In this document: positions 1-8,677 of the stretch, one piece after another | Layout of the letters: every line of letters begins with the position of its first letter | Position numbering within the stretch: the stretch's first letter is position 1 | Sequence record: SRR31156797_4938 | Reading direction: 5' to 3' (one strand) | DNA: 36,339 nt | The notes under the pieces: model-generated | What the model was told of the DNA's origin: nothing | The model's input: only the letters and a program-made list of their open reading frames with translations | The model's database searches: none | Made by a program: the position numbers and the translations under genes

Positions 1-32
1 GCGGCCAAAGGGGATAATCCCCTTTGGAATCC
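1..32. repeat. Partial intergenic hairpin repeat (truncated by window edge)
   Basis: Perfect 10-bp stem CCAAAGGGGA-TAA-TCCCCTTTGG (5-27), preceded by GCGG and followed by AATCC; same GCGG-hairpin-AATCC layout as the element at 2758. Confidence 0.5.
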
Positions 33-57
33 TTAATTGTTTAAGGCTTTAATTTAA

Positions 58-801
58 ATGAGTATAGTTTACGGATGTTACGGAATCATACCGGCTCGTT
101 ATGATTCGAGCCGCTTTCCCGGTAAGCCCCTGGCCGAGATATGCGGCAAGCCCATGTTCTGGCATGTCTGGAACCGGGCCTCCAAATGCCCGGAGATGGA
201 CAAGGTCGTCCTTGCCACGGACAGCGAAATCATCATGGAAGCAGCTGAAAAACACGGAGTTCCGGCTGTCATGACGGCAGCTGACCACACCAGCGGCACT
301 GACCGAGTGCTGGAAGCGGCTCGCAAATTGGAGCTGCCTTCTGATTCAGTTGTAGTCAACATTCAGGGTGATGAACCCTGCCTCGAACCGGCAATGATTT
401 CTGAGTTGGTTTCCCCTTTTGCCAAGGATGGCGTCAGGGTAACGACCCTGGCCTCGCCCATTTGTGCGGAGGAAGCCCAAAGTCCGGACCGGGTAAAAGT
501 AGCACTTGCAAAAGATGGCCGGGCGTTATACTTTTCCCGCTCACCCATTCCATTTTCCCATCAGGGTGACGGGGATTACCTTCTACATATCGGCCTTTAC
601 GGTTTCCGCATGGAAGCCCTTGAAACCTTTGCCAGCACAGATGTTTCGCCTCTTGAAAAAAGAGAGCGACTGGAACAGCTCCGACTGCTGGAAAACGGAA
701 TACCCATCCATGTCACCATTACAGAACACTCCTGCCACGGAGTGGACCGTCCCGAAGACTTGGATACAGCCATTAAGATTCTTGAGAGGGAGAAAATATG
801 A
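58..801 (+). CDS. kdsB: 3-deoxy-manno-octulosonate cytidylyltransferase (CMP-KDO synthetase)
   Basis: [55 protein letters not shown] and GVDRPEDL motifs. Confidence 0.97.
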   Translation: MSIVYGCYGIIPARYDSSRFPGKPLAEICGKPMFWHVWNRASKCPEMDKVVLATDSEIIMEAAEKHGVPAVMTAADHTSGTDRVLEAARKLELPSDSVVVNIQGDEPCLEPAMISELVSPFAKDGVRVTTLASPICAEEAQSPDRVKVALAKDGRALYFSRSPIPFSHQGDGDYLLHIGLYGFRMEALETFASTDVSPLEKRERLEQLRLLENGIPIHVTITEHSCHGVDRPEDLDTAIKILEREKI

Positions 802-1922
802 AAGCCATACTGGCACTTGAAGACGGCACCTACTTCGAAGGAACTTCCTTTACCGGCCCCGGCGAGTCCGGCGGCGAAGCCATCTTCAATACCGGCATGA
901 CCGGATATCAGGAAGTCCTCACCGACCCCTCCTACACCGGACAGATGGTCTGCATGACCTATCCGCTTATCGGCAACTACGGCATCACCAAAGAAGATAT
1001 CGAATCCGCAAAAGTCCATGTTGCCGCCTTTATCGTTAAAGAATGCTGCAAGCATCCTTCCAACTGGCGCTCTGTAATGTCCCTGCCTGAATACCTCAAA
1101 GAAGCAGGCGTAATGGGCATCGAAGGCATTGACACTCGCGCCCTTACCCGCCATTTGCGTCTCAATGGCGCCATGCGCGGCATTATTTCTACTGAAGAAC
1201 TTGATCCGGAAAAACTGGTCGCAAAAGCAAAGCAACTGCCCACCATGGAAGGCCAGAACCTTGCTGATACCGTAACTTCCGAGACCTGCTACACATGGCA
1301 GGACGGCAAACCCGTTCCGGTTGATGTTTCTTCCGGTTACAAATGGAGCGATAAAGGGCCCCGCCTTGTGCTCATTGATTACGGTGTAAAATGGAACATC
1401 CTGCGCCTGCTGGATGAACAGGGATTCGAAGTCCTTTCTGTTCCTTCCCATTACGATGAGGAGCAGGTCAGAGCACTCGAGCCTGATGCTGTTTTCCTTT
1501 CCAACGGTCCCGGTGACCCGGCTGTTCTCGACCAGGCGGTCAAGAACGCCAAATCCTATTGCGAAGACCTGCCTGTGGCGGGAATTTGCCTAGGACACCA
1601 GATTCTTGGCCAGGCTCTCGGCGGTAAAGCCTTCAAACTGAAATTCGGTCACCATGGCTGTAACCACCCTGTTATGGACATGGAAAGCAAAAAAATTGAA
1701 ATTTCTTCCCAAAACCACGGGTTTTGCGTTGACATTTCCAACTGTTCCGATCTTAAAATCACACACAAGAACCTTAACGACGAAACTCTGGAAGGCTTTG
1801 CTCATAAAACCAAGCCGATCATTGCCATCCAGTTTCACCCGGAAGCAGCTCCCGGTCCGCATGACAGCTGCTACTTCTTCGCCAGATTCCGTAATCTGGT
1901 AAAAGATGCCACCGGTAAATAA
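798..1922 (+). CDS. carA: Carbamoyl-phosphate synthase small subunit
   Basis: [41 protein letters not shown] (catalytic Cys), SQNHGF, QFHPEA; ATGA overlap with kdsB. Confidence 0.98.
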   Translation: MKAILALEDGTYFEGTSFTGPGESGGEAIFNTGMTGYQEVLTDPSYTGQMVCMTYPLIGNYGITKEDIESAKVHVAAFIVKECCKHPSNWRSVMSLPEYLKEAGVMGIEGIDTRALTRHLRLNGAMRGIISTEELDPEKLVAKAKQLPTMEGQNLADTVTSETCYTWQDGKPVPVDVSSGYKWSDKGPRLVLIDYGVKWNILRLLDEQGFEVLSVPSHYDEEQVRALEPDAVFLSNGPGDPAVLDQAVKNAKSYCEDLPVAGICLGHQILGQALGGKAFKLKFGHHGCNHPVMDMESKKIEISSQNHGFCVDISNCSDLKITHKNLNDETLEGFAHKTKPIIAIQFHPEAAPGPHDSCYFFARFRNLVKDATGK

Positions 1923-1953
1923 ACTGCGCTAAATAAATACGTCGGAGACAAAT

Positions 1954-2754
1954 ATGTCCGGTGAACTGACCAAAGCCAGAAAAAAACTGGCCACAATACC
2001 TTCCCTGCTCAAGCAGCAAAAAGCCATGCCCGCAGTACAGTCTGCTTATGATGCAGTACTGATCATGCTCAAAGGCGGTCTGATGAAAGCTGAGCGTGAG
2101 GAATTTCAGGAGCTAATCGATAGCACTGTACACATCCTCAACAGCGACAAGAAGCTTAGGGAAGATTATCCGCTGATCATCAATTACGCTCCCGGTGAAG
2201 AAAAAGCACTGCTTGAAACTTTACGGGAAATTCTGCAGGAGCTGCAGAAAAACGTAAGTGCAGGCGCCCAACAGCTCTTGGCTGCCATGGAAAAGCGCAA
2301 AAGGGAACAGCTGGAAAAAGGTCAGGCCCTGATTGAAGAGAACAAAGTTTCTGAAGCACAGAAGCTTTTTAATGATTTGATCAAGGAATTCAAGGACGAC
2401 ACCGAACTCCGGGCCGAAATTGCAGACAAATTCATCAAGTCCGGGCTTTACAACGAAGCACTTGAATATCTGGAAGAAGCTCTGAAAAATGATCCCAATG
2501 CAATATTCCTATACAACCGCATCGGAATTGTTCTGCGCAAAATGAAGGATTTTGAAGCAGCTGAAAAATATTACCTCAGAGCGCTCAAAATCAACAACAA
2601 AGATGAGTACCTCTACTTCAACACCGGTCGTCTCTACTACGATTGGAAGAAATGGGACCGTATGGCCAAAGCTGCACAAAAAGCACTTGCCATCAATCCC
2701 AACTTTGCCGAAGCAGAGAAAATGCTCAAGTTCGCCCAGAAAAAAATGGGTTAA
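1954..2754 (+). CDS. Tetratricopeptide repeat protein
   Basis: Helical N-terminus; C-terminal TPRs (ALEYLEEALKNDPN, YNRIGIVLRK, AEKYYLRALKINNKDEYLYFNTGR, ALAINPNFAEA); GGAGA RBS. Confidence 0.9.
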   Translation: MSGELTKARKKLATIPSLLKQQKAMPAVQSAYDAVLIMLKGGLMKAEREEFQELIDSTVHILNSDKKLREDYPLIINYAPGEEKALLETLREILQELQKNVSAGAQQLLAAMEKRKREQLEKGQALIEENKVSEAQKLFNDLIKEFKDDTELRAEIADKFIKSGLYNEALEYLEEALKNDPNAIFLYNRIGIVLRKMKDFEAAEKYYLRALKINNKDEYLYFNTGRLYYDWKKWDRMAKAAQKALAINPNFAEAEKMLKFAQKKMG

Positions 2755-2757
2755 GAA

Positions 2758-2838
2758 TGCCTCCGGCGGTTTAAACCCTTTTTGAAAAAAGGTTTATAAA
2801 TCCCAAAAACTTTTAACGGGCTTCGCATCTAATGCGAA
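2758..2838. repeat. Short intergenic palindromic repeat (REP/MITE-like)
   Basis: TGCCTCCGGCGG-TTTAAACCCTTTTTGAAAAAAGGTTTATAA-ATCCC; shares TGCCTCCG and an exact 14-mer TTAAACCCTTTTTG with 36301-36338; second small hairpin TTCGCAT-CTA-ATGCGAA at 2822-2838. Confidence 0.7.
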
Positions 2839-2862
2839 TAGTACGTTTAGAAAATATATCTC

Positions 2863-2893
2863 AAGGAGGGCTGTTTTTCAGTCCTCCTTTTTT
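2863..2893 (+). terminator. Rho-independent terminator-like hairpin
   Basis: AAGGAGGGCTG-TTTTT-CAGTCCTCCTT running into a T7 tract. Confidence 0.65.
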
Positions 2894-2907
2894 AATGAGA
2901 ACCAAAT

Positions 2908-3447
2908 ATGAAATATATTTTGCTGGACCGTGACGGGACCATCATTGTCGATAAACATTATCTCAGCGACCCTGAGGGTGTTGAACTTTTCCCTAATACC
3001 GCACAAGGCTTGAAGATCATGCAAGATGCCGGATATGATTTAATCGTGACTACTAACCAATCCGGGATTGGCCGCGGTTACTACTCAGAGGATGACATGC
3101 ATGCGGTAAATGCTCGTATGGCTGAACTACTGGCTGAACATGAGATTGAATTCAAGACAGTATACTTCTGTCCACATGCTCCAGATCAGGAATGCGATTG
3201 CCGCAAGCCCGCCCCCGGCATGTTTGATCAGGCCATTGCTGAGTTCGGTATCAATCCAGAAGAATGCTATGTAATTGGCGACAAGCTCTGCGATGTGGAA
3301 CTGGGCATGGCCCGCAAAGCCAAATCCATCCTGGTCCGCACTGGAAAGGGATTAAAAGAAGAGCCTAAATGCGTTGGCAAAGCGGATTATATTGCTGACG
3401 ATCTGCTTGATGCAGCAATATTTATTAAAAGGTCCACGAATGAATAA
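2908..3447 (+). CDS. gmhB: D-glycero-D-manno-heptose-1,7-bisphosphate 7-phosphatase (HAD IIIA)
   Basis: LDRDGTI, TNQSGIGRGYY, CPH..P...CDCRKP.PGM (Zn site), IGDK..D, VRTGKG. Confidence 0.93.
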   Translation: MKYILLDRDGTIIVDKHYLSDPEGVELFPNTAQGLKIMQDAGYDLIVTTNQSGIGRGYYSEDDMHAVNARMAELLAEHEIEFKTVYFCPHAPDQECDCRKPAPGMFDQAIAEFGINPEECYVIGDKLCDVELGMARKAKSILVRTGKGLKEEPKCVGKADYIADDLLDAAIFIKRSTNE

Positions 3448-3871
3448 AATCCTTACCTTAAAACAATTTCAAGATCTCGCATTGGAGATGATCACCCTTG
3501 AACCGCATGTGGAAGTAACTGCTGAAAGTTTCCACATGGGCGATAAAGACAAGGGCATAGAAAAAACTGCCGAAGTCTACGGTTTTTCACGTCACAGCAA
3601 ACCAGGGTATGAAATAATTTTCGACTGGGTAGGCAAAGGCAATCTGGACGGTTTTCTCATCGATATGTTCGATTTCACCATTGAGCCGTACAAGAAAGGT
3701 GACTTTTGCCCGATATTCAAGGGCGCAGTTGTACTTGATGATTATAAAGAACCTTTCGAAGGCCATGAAGTGGCCCAGAAAATCATGGAGTTGCTCGAAC
3801 CAGAGCAATGGACCAAATGGATCGTGGAATATCTACCCGAACCACGCATGCTTGTAGATATGGAAGATTAG
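3440..3871 (+). CDS. Hypothetical protein (143 aa)
   Basis: ATG at 3440 overlaps the gmhB stop (ATGAATAA); followed by a terminator; no family recognised. Confidence 0.7.
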   Translation: MNKILTLKQFQDLALEMITLEPHVEVTAESFHMGDKDKGIEKTAEVYGFSRHSKPGYEIIFDWVGKGNLDGFLIDMFDFTIEPYKKGDFCPIFKGAVVLDDYKEPFEGHEVAQKIMELLEPEQWTKWIVEYLPEPRMLVDMED

Positions 3872-3876
3872 AGATT

Positions 3877-3910
3877 AGGCCCGGTTTCCAACAGGAACCG
3901 GGCCTGTTTT
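3877..3910. terminator. Terminator between convergent genes
   Basis: AGGCCCGGTTTCC-AACA-GGAACCGGGCCT then GTTTT. Confidence 0.75.
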
Positions 3911-3912
3911 AT

Positions 3913-4929
3913 TTAAATTCTCTGAGCGGAAACCAACATGATACCTTTACCGGAATCGCTCCATGTCCTGCGGAAATTTCCAAATCCGCACTCTTTCAAC
4001 TCACTCTCCAGAACATCAGGTTCAATGAAATGCGAGAAGTAGCCTGCAAATGTGGTTATGACCTCAAGTGAGGCAATGGTCTGGGTGGACATGGGACTAC
4101 CTGTTTTGGCGTAATGATTGGCGCAGAACCAGCCACCGGGACGTAAGGATTTGGCAACCTTTTCCAGTACAGGCTTCAAATTCCCACGGCAGGCATAAAG
4201 CACGTGGGAAGCGAAGATCAGGTCAAAATCCAGCAGGGGCAGGTCTTCTTCGCGCATATCAACGGCAATACCGCGCACCCGCTCTCCGAAACCATTATCC
4301 CGGCAACGCTGTTCCGCCAACGGAGCCACATGAGGTAAGTCTAGAATTACTCCTTCCAGCTGAGGATTCCGGGAAAGCACAGACATGGTATAATTCCCGT
4401 GATTCCCGCCGAGATCACCCATGAGCCGAAAGCCCTCAAATCCGGGTAATTGGCTGATAGCTTCGACCGTTGTATGCAATCCGCCGCTAAGTGCTTCCTG
4501 AGCCGTTCCTTCCATGGCATCCGTGGCAGCCCACTTTTTATCACTATCATCACGCTGGCTCTTTTTACCTTTCAGCAACTCACTCATATCCCTAATGACC
4601 TCGGTGCAGAAGTCCATGGTCAGCCCCATACCCAATCCCTGATACAGCGGTGAAGTACTGACCAAATATTCCGTTGACAGATGGGTATTGGAATAATTTC
4701 CGTCATTGTTCTTAACCAGATCGCACGACTCAAGCAGATCCAACATGGAACCGAGCTTCAATTCATCGAACTCAAAATACTCTGCCAACTCTTTCAGCCG
4801 CGCCGGCTTCAGTTCAAGGGTATCGAAAAGCTTAAAATTAACCGCTTCCATCACAACCTGTGAAGAGACACTGCGTATGATTAGACCGTGCACAGGAGAA
4901 AAATCTTGTTCGGGCTTAGGATAATCCAT
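3913..4929 (-). CDS. SAM-dependent O-methyltransferase with N-terminal dimerisation domain (methyltransferase_2 type)
   Basis: N-terminal winged-helix-like region (LFDTLE..PA...ELA), DLGGNHG SAM loop, LDLPHV, FDLIFASHVLY, SLRPGG; GGAGG RBS supports ATG at 4929. Confidence 0.88.
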   Translation of the reverse strand: MDYPKPEQDFSPVHGLIIRSVSSQVVMEAVNFKLFDTLELKPARLKELAEYFEFDELKLGSMLDLLESCDLVKNNDGNYSNTHLSTEYLVSTSPLYQGLGMGLTMDFCTEVIRDMSELLKGKKSQRDDSDKKWAATDAMEGTAQEALSGGLHTTVEAISQLPGFEGFRLMGDLGGNHGNYTMSVLSRNPQLEGVILDLPHVAPLAEQRCRDNGFGERVRGIAVDMREEDLPLLDFDLIFASHVLYACRGNLKPVLEKVAKSLRPGGWFCANHYAKTGSPMSTQTIASLEVITTFAGYFSHFIEPDVLESELKECGFGNFRRTWSDSGKGIMLVSAQRI

Positions 4930-4941
4930 AACATCCTCCAA

Positions 4942-4964
4942 AAGTGTTTAGCAACTAAACACTT
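4942..4964. promoter_or_regulatory. Putative MarR operator 1
   Basis: Perfect inverted repeat AAGTGTTTAG-CAA-CTAAACACTT just upstream of the methyltransferase RBS. Confidence 0.8.
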
Positions 4965-4977
4965 GAGTTAAAAAATT

Positions 4978-5442
4978 TTATTTCAAGTAGCTATCCATCC
5001 AATCGTTCATCTTGCTACAGATACCGTCGAACATTTCAAGCTCCTCTTCAGACAGGGACCGCAAATAATCAATGAATTCACGGTCATGGTCCAGATGGAA
5101 TTTATAGTGATTGTCGCTGGCTTTTTTCCCAAGCGCTGTCAGACGTAATATGACCTTGGAACCATTCTCCGGGTCGGACTCTTTGAGCAAAAGTCCTTTT
5201 TTGACCAGCTTGCTAACTAATTGCGATGTGGCCCCCTTGGTCACTCCGGATTCACGAGCCAAATCCGTAACTCCACAACCGCCAAGCTTATCCACTGCGG
5301 AAAGAGTATGTATTTCAGAAGGATAAAGCTTTATTTCAACTCCGAAATCAAACGCCATCCGCTCGACCATATTGTACTTAACCAGTACCCTGCCGAACTC
5401 ACGCATATGCGGTATTATTTCTTCTATGTCCTTCACAACCAT
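4978..5442 (-). CDS. MarR family transcriptional regulator
   Basis: LYPSEIHTL..V, VTDLARESGVTKGATSQLVSKLVKKGLL, LRLTALG winged-HTH pattern. Confidence 0.93.
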   Translation of the reverse strand: MVVKDIEEIIPHMREFGRVLVKYNMVERMAFDFGVEIKLYPSEIHTLSAVDKLGGCGVTDLARESGVTKGATSQLVSKLVKKGLLLKESDPENGSKVILRLTALGKKASDNHYKFHLDHDREFIDYLRSLSEEELEMFDGICSKMNDWMDSYLK

Positions 5443-5474
5443 AGTGTTTAGATGCTAAACAGTTTTTTTGTCAA
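5443..5474 (-). promoter_or_regulatory. Putative MarR operator 2 overlapping the marR promoter
   Basis: AGTGTTTAG-ATG-CTAAACAGT (5443-5463) has the same TGTTTAG-N3-CTAAACA core as 4942; TTGACA on the minus strand at 5474-5469. Confidence 0.75.
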
Positions 5475-5516
5475 CCATGATTTTACAATACCAGTGACTA
5501 TTGCTACATACAAAGT

Positions 5517-6812
5517 ATGAAAAAAGCATTTATGGGTCCGGGAAAACATATTTTATTATTCCTTCTGACATTACTGCTTCCACTGCTGTGCATGACCAGG
5601 CCCGTGGTTGCCGAAACAGTGCAATTTCCTATCGCCGATCCTTATAAGGCTACCATCTTCGGCACCCCACCGGAGTTGATGTATAAACTGAAAGAGCTGA
5701 CCAAACCTGACGAATGCGAAATAGTCATTGAAAAACGCAGAATTCCGGATATTTTCTGGTACAATGAAAAATTTTACTACACAACGGCCATGCAGGAAAA
5801 GGAAGCTCCTCTACTTTTCATCATCGCCGGAACCGGATCAGAGCACGACTCAATCAAAATGCGTTTCCTTACCCAGCTTTTCTACGAAGCCGGATTCCAC
5901 GTAGTTGCGCTTTCATCGCCGACACATATGAATTTCGTGGTCAGCTTTTCCAAATACGGAGCACCGGGCTATGTTCCTCATGACGTGGATGACCTATACC
6001 GGGCCATGAAATGGATCAAAGCCGACCTTGAGGGTGTCTACAAGATCAGAAGCTACAGCATTACCGGATACAGTCTCGGGGCCATGCACTCGGCCTTCCT
6101 TGCCAAGCTGGACGAGGAGCGCAGGGATTTCCTTTTCCGCCGAGTGTTAATGCTCAATCCCCCGGTGAGCCTTTATACTTCGGCCTTGCGCTTTGACTCA
6201 TGGCTCAGTCCGGAAAACCTCGGCAACAAGACACCCCGGCAGGTCATTGACGGCCTTATCGAAGCTTTCTCTGAAATCTATGTCCAGTCCGACATTGTCG
6301 ACCTTGATGATAACTTCCTCTATGCCCTTTCACAGCATATAAATTTTTCGGACATGGATATGCGCGCCATCATTGCCGCAGCTTTCAGGATGTCCTCAGC
6401 AAGCATGATATTCAGTTCGGATGTCTGTCTTAATGCCGGGTATATCGTTCCGGTAAACAAGCAGCTCGGCGTGGGCGATAATCTCATGCCTTACACCAGA
6501 GTCTCAGCGGCAATCACTTTTGAAGATTACGTGGATGAATACCTGCTACCCTACCTGCAATTCCTCACCCCCGGGACAACCAAGGGCGAGCTGGTCAGAA
6601 ACTGTGATCTTGGCAGCATCAAGGACTATCTGAGCAAATCGGATAAAATATTTGTGCTCGGCAATGAAGACGACATTATTTTGAACAGCGCCGATGTGGA
6701 ATTCCTGCGCAAGACCTTCGGTGATCGGGCCATCCTCTTTCCCCGTGGCGGACATTGCGGCAACATGATGTTTAAACCTTATGCCCTGAAAGCGCAGGAG
6801 CTGATCAAATGA
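5517..6812 (+). CDS. Exported alpha/beta-hydrolase, MlaY-like putative periplasmic phospholipase
   Basis: Signal peptide (LLFLLTLLLPLL...VVA); APLLFIIAGTG, GYSLG nucleophile elbow, NPPV.LY, GNEDD, GGHCGN (Ser-Asp-His triad); coupled to an MlaA-like gene. Confidence 0.8.
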   Translation: MKKAFMGPGKHILLFLLTLLLPLLCMTRPVVAETVQFPIADPYKATIFGTPPELMYKLKELTKPDECEIVIEKRRIPDIFWYNEKFYYTTAMQEKEAPLLFIIAGTGSEHDSIKMRFLTQLFYEAGFHVVALSSPTHMNFVVSFSKYGAPGYVPHDVDDLYRAMKWIKADLEGVYKIRSYSITGYSLGAMHSAFLAKLDEERRDFLFRRVLMLNPPVSLYTSALRFDSWLSPENLGNKTPRQVIDGLIEAFSEIYVQSDIVDLDDNFLYALSQHINFSDMDMRAIIAAAFRMSSASMIFSSDVCLNAGYIVPVNKQLGVGDNLMPYTRVSAAITFEDYVDEYLLPYLQFLTPGTTKGELVRNCDLGSIKDYLSKSDKIFVLGNEDDIILNSADVEFLRKTFGDRAILFPRGGHCGNMMFKPYALKAQELIK

Positions 6813-7693
6813 TAAAAAGATTATTCAGCTTCATCCTGCTCTGCCTGCTGCTGCAGGGCTGCGCCACTATCAGCAAAAATGATCCTTCGCTGACCCTCAA
6901 ACCACAAGGATTCATCGCCCCGGTTTCACATGCCCCGCGGGCAGGACAGGCAAAGACCAAAGACGCGGACCTCGACTTTCTTGAAGTATACGATCCATGG
7001 GATTCCATGAATCGCCACATATATTCTTTCAACGCCCGCTTTGATAGGGCTGTCTACCTTCCGGCGGTGGATGTATACACCACTGTACTTCCCTCTCCGG
7101 TGCGCAAAGGGGTGACCAATGCGGTCAACAACCTGAACGAAGTAAAATCTTTCACCAACGGAATCCTGCAAATCAATGGTGGCAAAACCACGCGGGCTTT
7201 TTCCCGATTTGTAATCAATTCATCCGTGGGCCTGCTTGGAATATTCGATGTAGCCACCATGTGGGATATAAAAAGGAAAGAAACCGGATTTGCAGACACT
7301 CTGGGCGTCTGGGGAGTACCTCCGGGACCATATGTTGTCCTGCCTCTGCTCGGCCCCTCAAGTGTTCGTGATTCAGGTGGCTCGCTGGGTGACTTTGCCC
7401 TGCTCTGGTACGAAATGAACTGGGTTTATGATCTCGCCGGGGTAGAAGAAGGACGCACAGCTATCGGTATCGGTGAATCCACTATCCGTGGACTAAGCCT
7501 ACGTGAGAATGTGCCTTTCCGTTACTACCAGACCGGTTCTCCCTTTGAGTACGATCTGGTCCGCTTCCTCTATTCCAAGAAACGCGAACTGGATATGGAG
7601 CGAGAAGAATTAGGCAGCTCAACCGCAGGCAAACCATACATGAAAAAGAAATTTGACACTCCCCGCAGAAGCCGGGAACCAGCTACAAAATAA
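6809..7693 (+). CDS. MlaA/VacJ family lipoprotein (MlaZ-like)
   Basis: Lipobox LLQGC; DPWDSMNR, NNL.E, RFVINSSVGLLGIFDVA, TLGVWGVPPGPYVVLPLLGPSSVRD; ATGA overlap with the hydrolase. Confidence 0.92.
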   Translation: MIKRLFSFILLCLLLQGCATISKNDPSLTLKPQGFIAPVSHAPRAGQAKTKDADLDFLEVYDPWDSMNRHIYSFNARFDRAVYLPAVDVYTTVLPSPVRKGVTNAVNNLNEVKSFTNGILQINGGKTTRAFSRFVINSSVGLLGIFDVATMWDIKRKETGFADTLGVWGVPPGPYVVLPLLGPSSVRDSGGSLGDFALLWYEMNWVYDLAGVEEGRTAIGIGESTIRGLSLRENVPFRYYQTGSPFEYDLVRFLYSKKRELDMEREELGSSTAGKPYMKKKFDTPRRSREPATK

Positions 7694-7727
7694 ATAAAAA
7701 GGGAACCGCAACGGTCCCCTTTTTATT
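7693..7727. terminator. Bidirectional Rho-independent terminator
   Basis: AATAAAAAGGGAACCG-CAA-CGGTCCCCTTTTTATT between convergent genes. Confidence 0.8.
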
Positions 7728-7730
7728 ATT

Positions 7731-8567
7731 CTAATGCCTATCTAGTTTGGGTCTTTTGCGAGCATTGGGAACTTCGAAAACCAGCGTTGCGGTCTTTTTC
7801 TCCTGCAAGAAATCCGGACTTTCCCTTATTGGTGCTTTCTTGGTGAAGAAGCGTACAAACCATCTTCCGGTTACATCGATGGGCAGCTTAATTTTGCCGT
7901 CAAGAATCTGCTGACGTTGAATGTACATATCCTCGGCCTGAGTGGAAAACCCATTATAAGTGGCATCCCAATAACCGTCTCCCCGATAGGGTTTGCCATC
8001 CATATAGACCTGCATCTCCAACACATCACCCTTTCTCAACATCGAGACATCCTTTCCGGGGACCAGCTCCAGGGGCAGACCCACAATGGCTGGAAATATT
8101 GCAGAGGGATTCTCGCATACCACGTAAGTCTTGGTCCACTGACTGCTGCGCAAGGATGAAACTATCTCAGAAGCACGGTCAGCCACGCTGCTCATGGGCT
8201 TGATGGAATGACGCTTACGGGCTTTCTTATCCAGCCATGTTGTAAAATGACCGGGATTAGTGGCTGCGGTCAACACGTATGTTCCGGGTATGTCGTAGTC
8301 AATGACATAAGAATGCAATGACTTTTCATCACGGAGCTTGATGTCATATGTTTTGAAATCAGGTTTTTGTACTGTAATGTGGTTAAGCTTCTTCATGCGC
8401 ACAGCATCATCAATCGGGATATGATGCCCATAACAGAAAAATAACGGTGATTTTTTCCCTTCGGAAACATGATAACGCCCAGCCTGAATGTACAGAGAAT
8501 GGGCAGAGACGGCCGCAGGAATAAATATGGTAAGAACCATGATGAGCGAGAGTAGTTTCTTAAGCAT
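7731..8567 (-). CDS. DUF4198-type periplasmic putative metal-binding protein
   Basis: Signal peptide ending AVSA then H at mature position 1, YGHH, TKTYV, GLPLELVP, G.V.MDGKP, GRW. Confidence 0.75.
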   Translation of the reverse strand: MLKKLLSLIMVLTIFIPAAVSAHSLYIQAGRYHVSEGKKSPLFFCYGHHIPIDDAVRMKKLNHITVQKPDFKTYDIKLRDEKSLHSYVIDYDIPGTYVLTAATNPGHFTTWLDKKARKRHSIKPMSSVADRASEIVSSLRSSQWTKTYVVCENPSAIFPAIVGLPLELVPGKDVSMLRKGDVLEMQVYMDGKPYRGDGYWDATYNGFSTQAEDMYIQRQQILDGKIKLPIDVTGRWFVRFFTKKAPIRESPDFLQEKKTATLVFEVPNARKRPKLDRH

Positions 8568-8611
8568 CCAGTGATCCTTTTTATTGGTTACAGTTAAAAC
8601 GGATTAATACA

Positions 8612-8636
8612 GATAACGAAATCCATTTTCATTATC
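8612..8636. promoter_or_regulatory. Fur-like box upstream of the DUF4198 gene
   Basis: Minus strand GATAAT-GAAAAT-G-GATTTC-GTTATC, an imperfect inverted repeat built from Fur-type hexamers, 45 nt upstream of the ATG. Confidence 0.65.
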
Positions 8637-8677
8637 AAGAAAGAAACACACACTCACTATTTGACAAACCACTCTAG

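Noticed and set aside
597-1451. 284-aa minus-strand ORF
   Set aside because: Antisense shadow of kdsB/carA; no motifs or RBS.
3374-3439. Upstream start extensions in the ORF track (also at 4941, 9659, 12150, 14156, 17092, 21363, 34553)
   Set aside because: Downstream ATGs have better RBSs, stop-start coupling or family-consistent N-termini.
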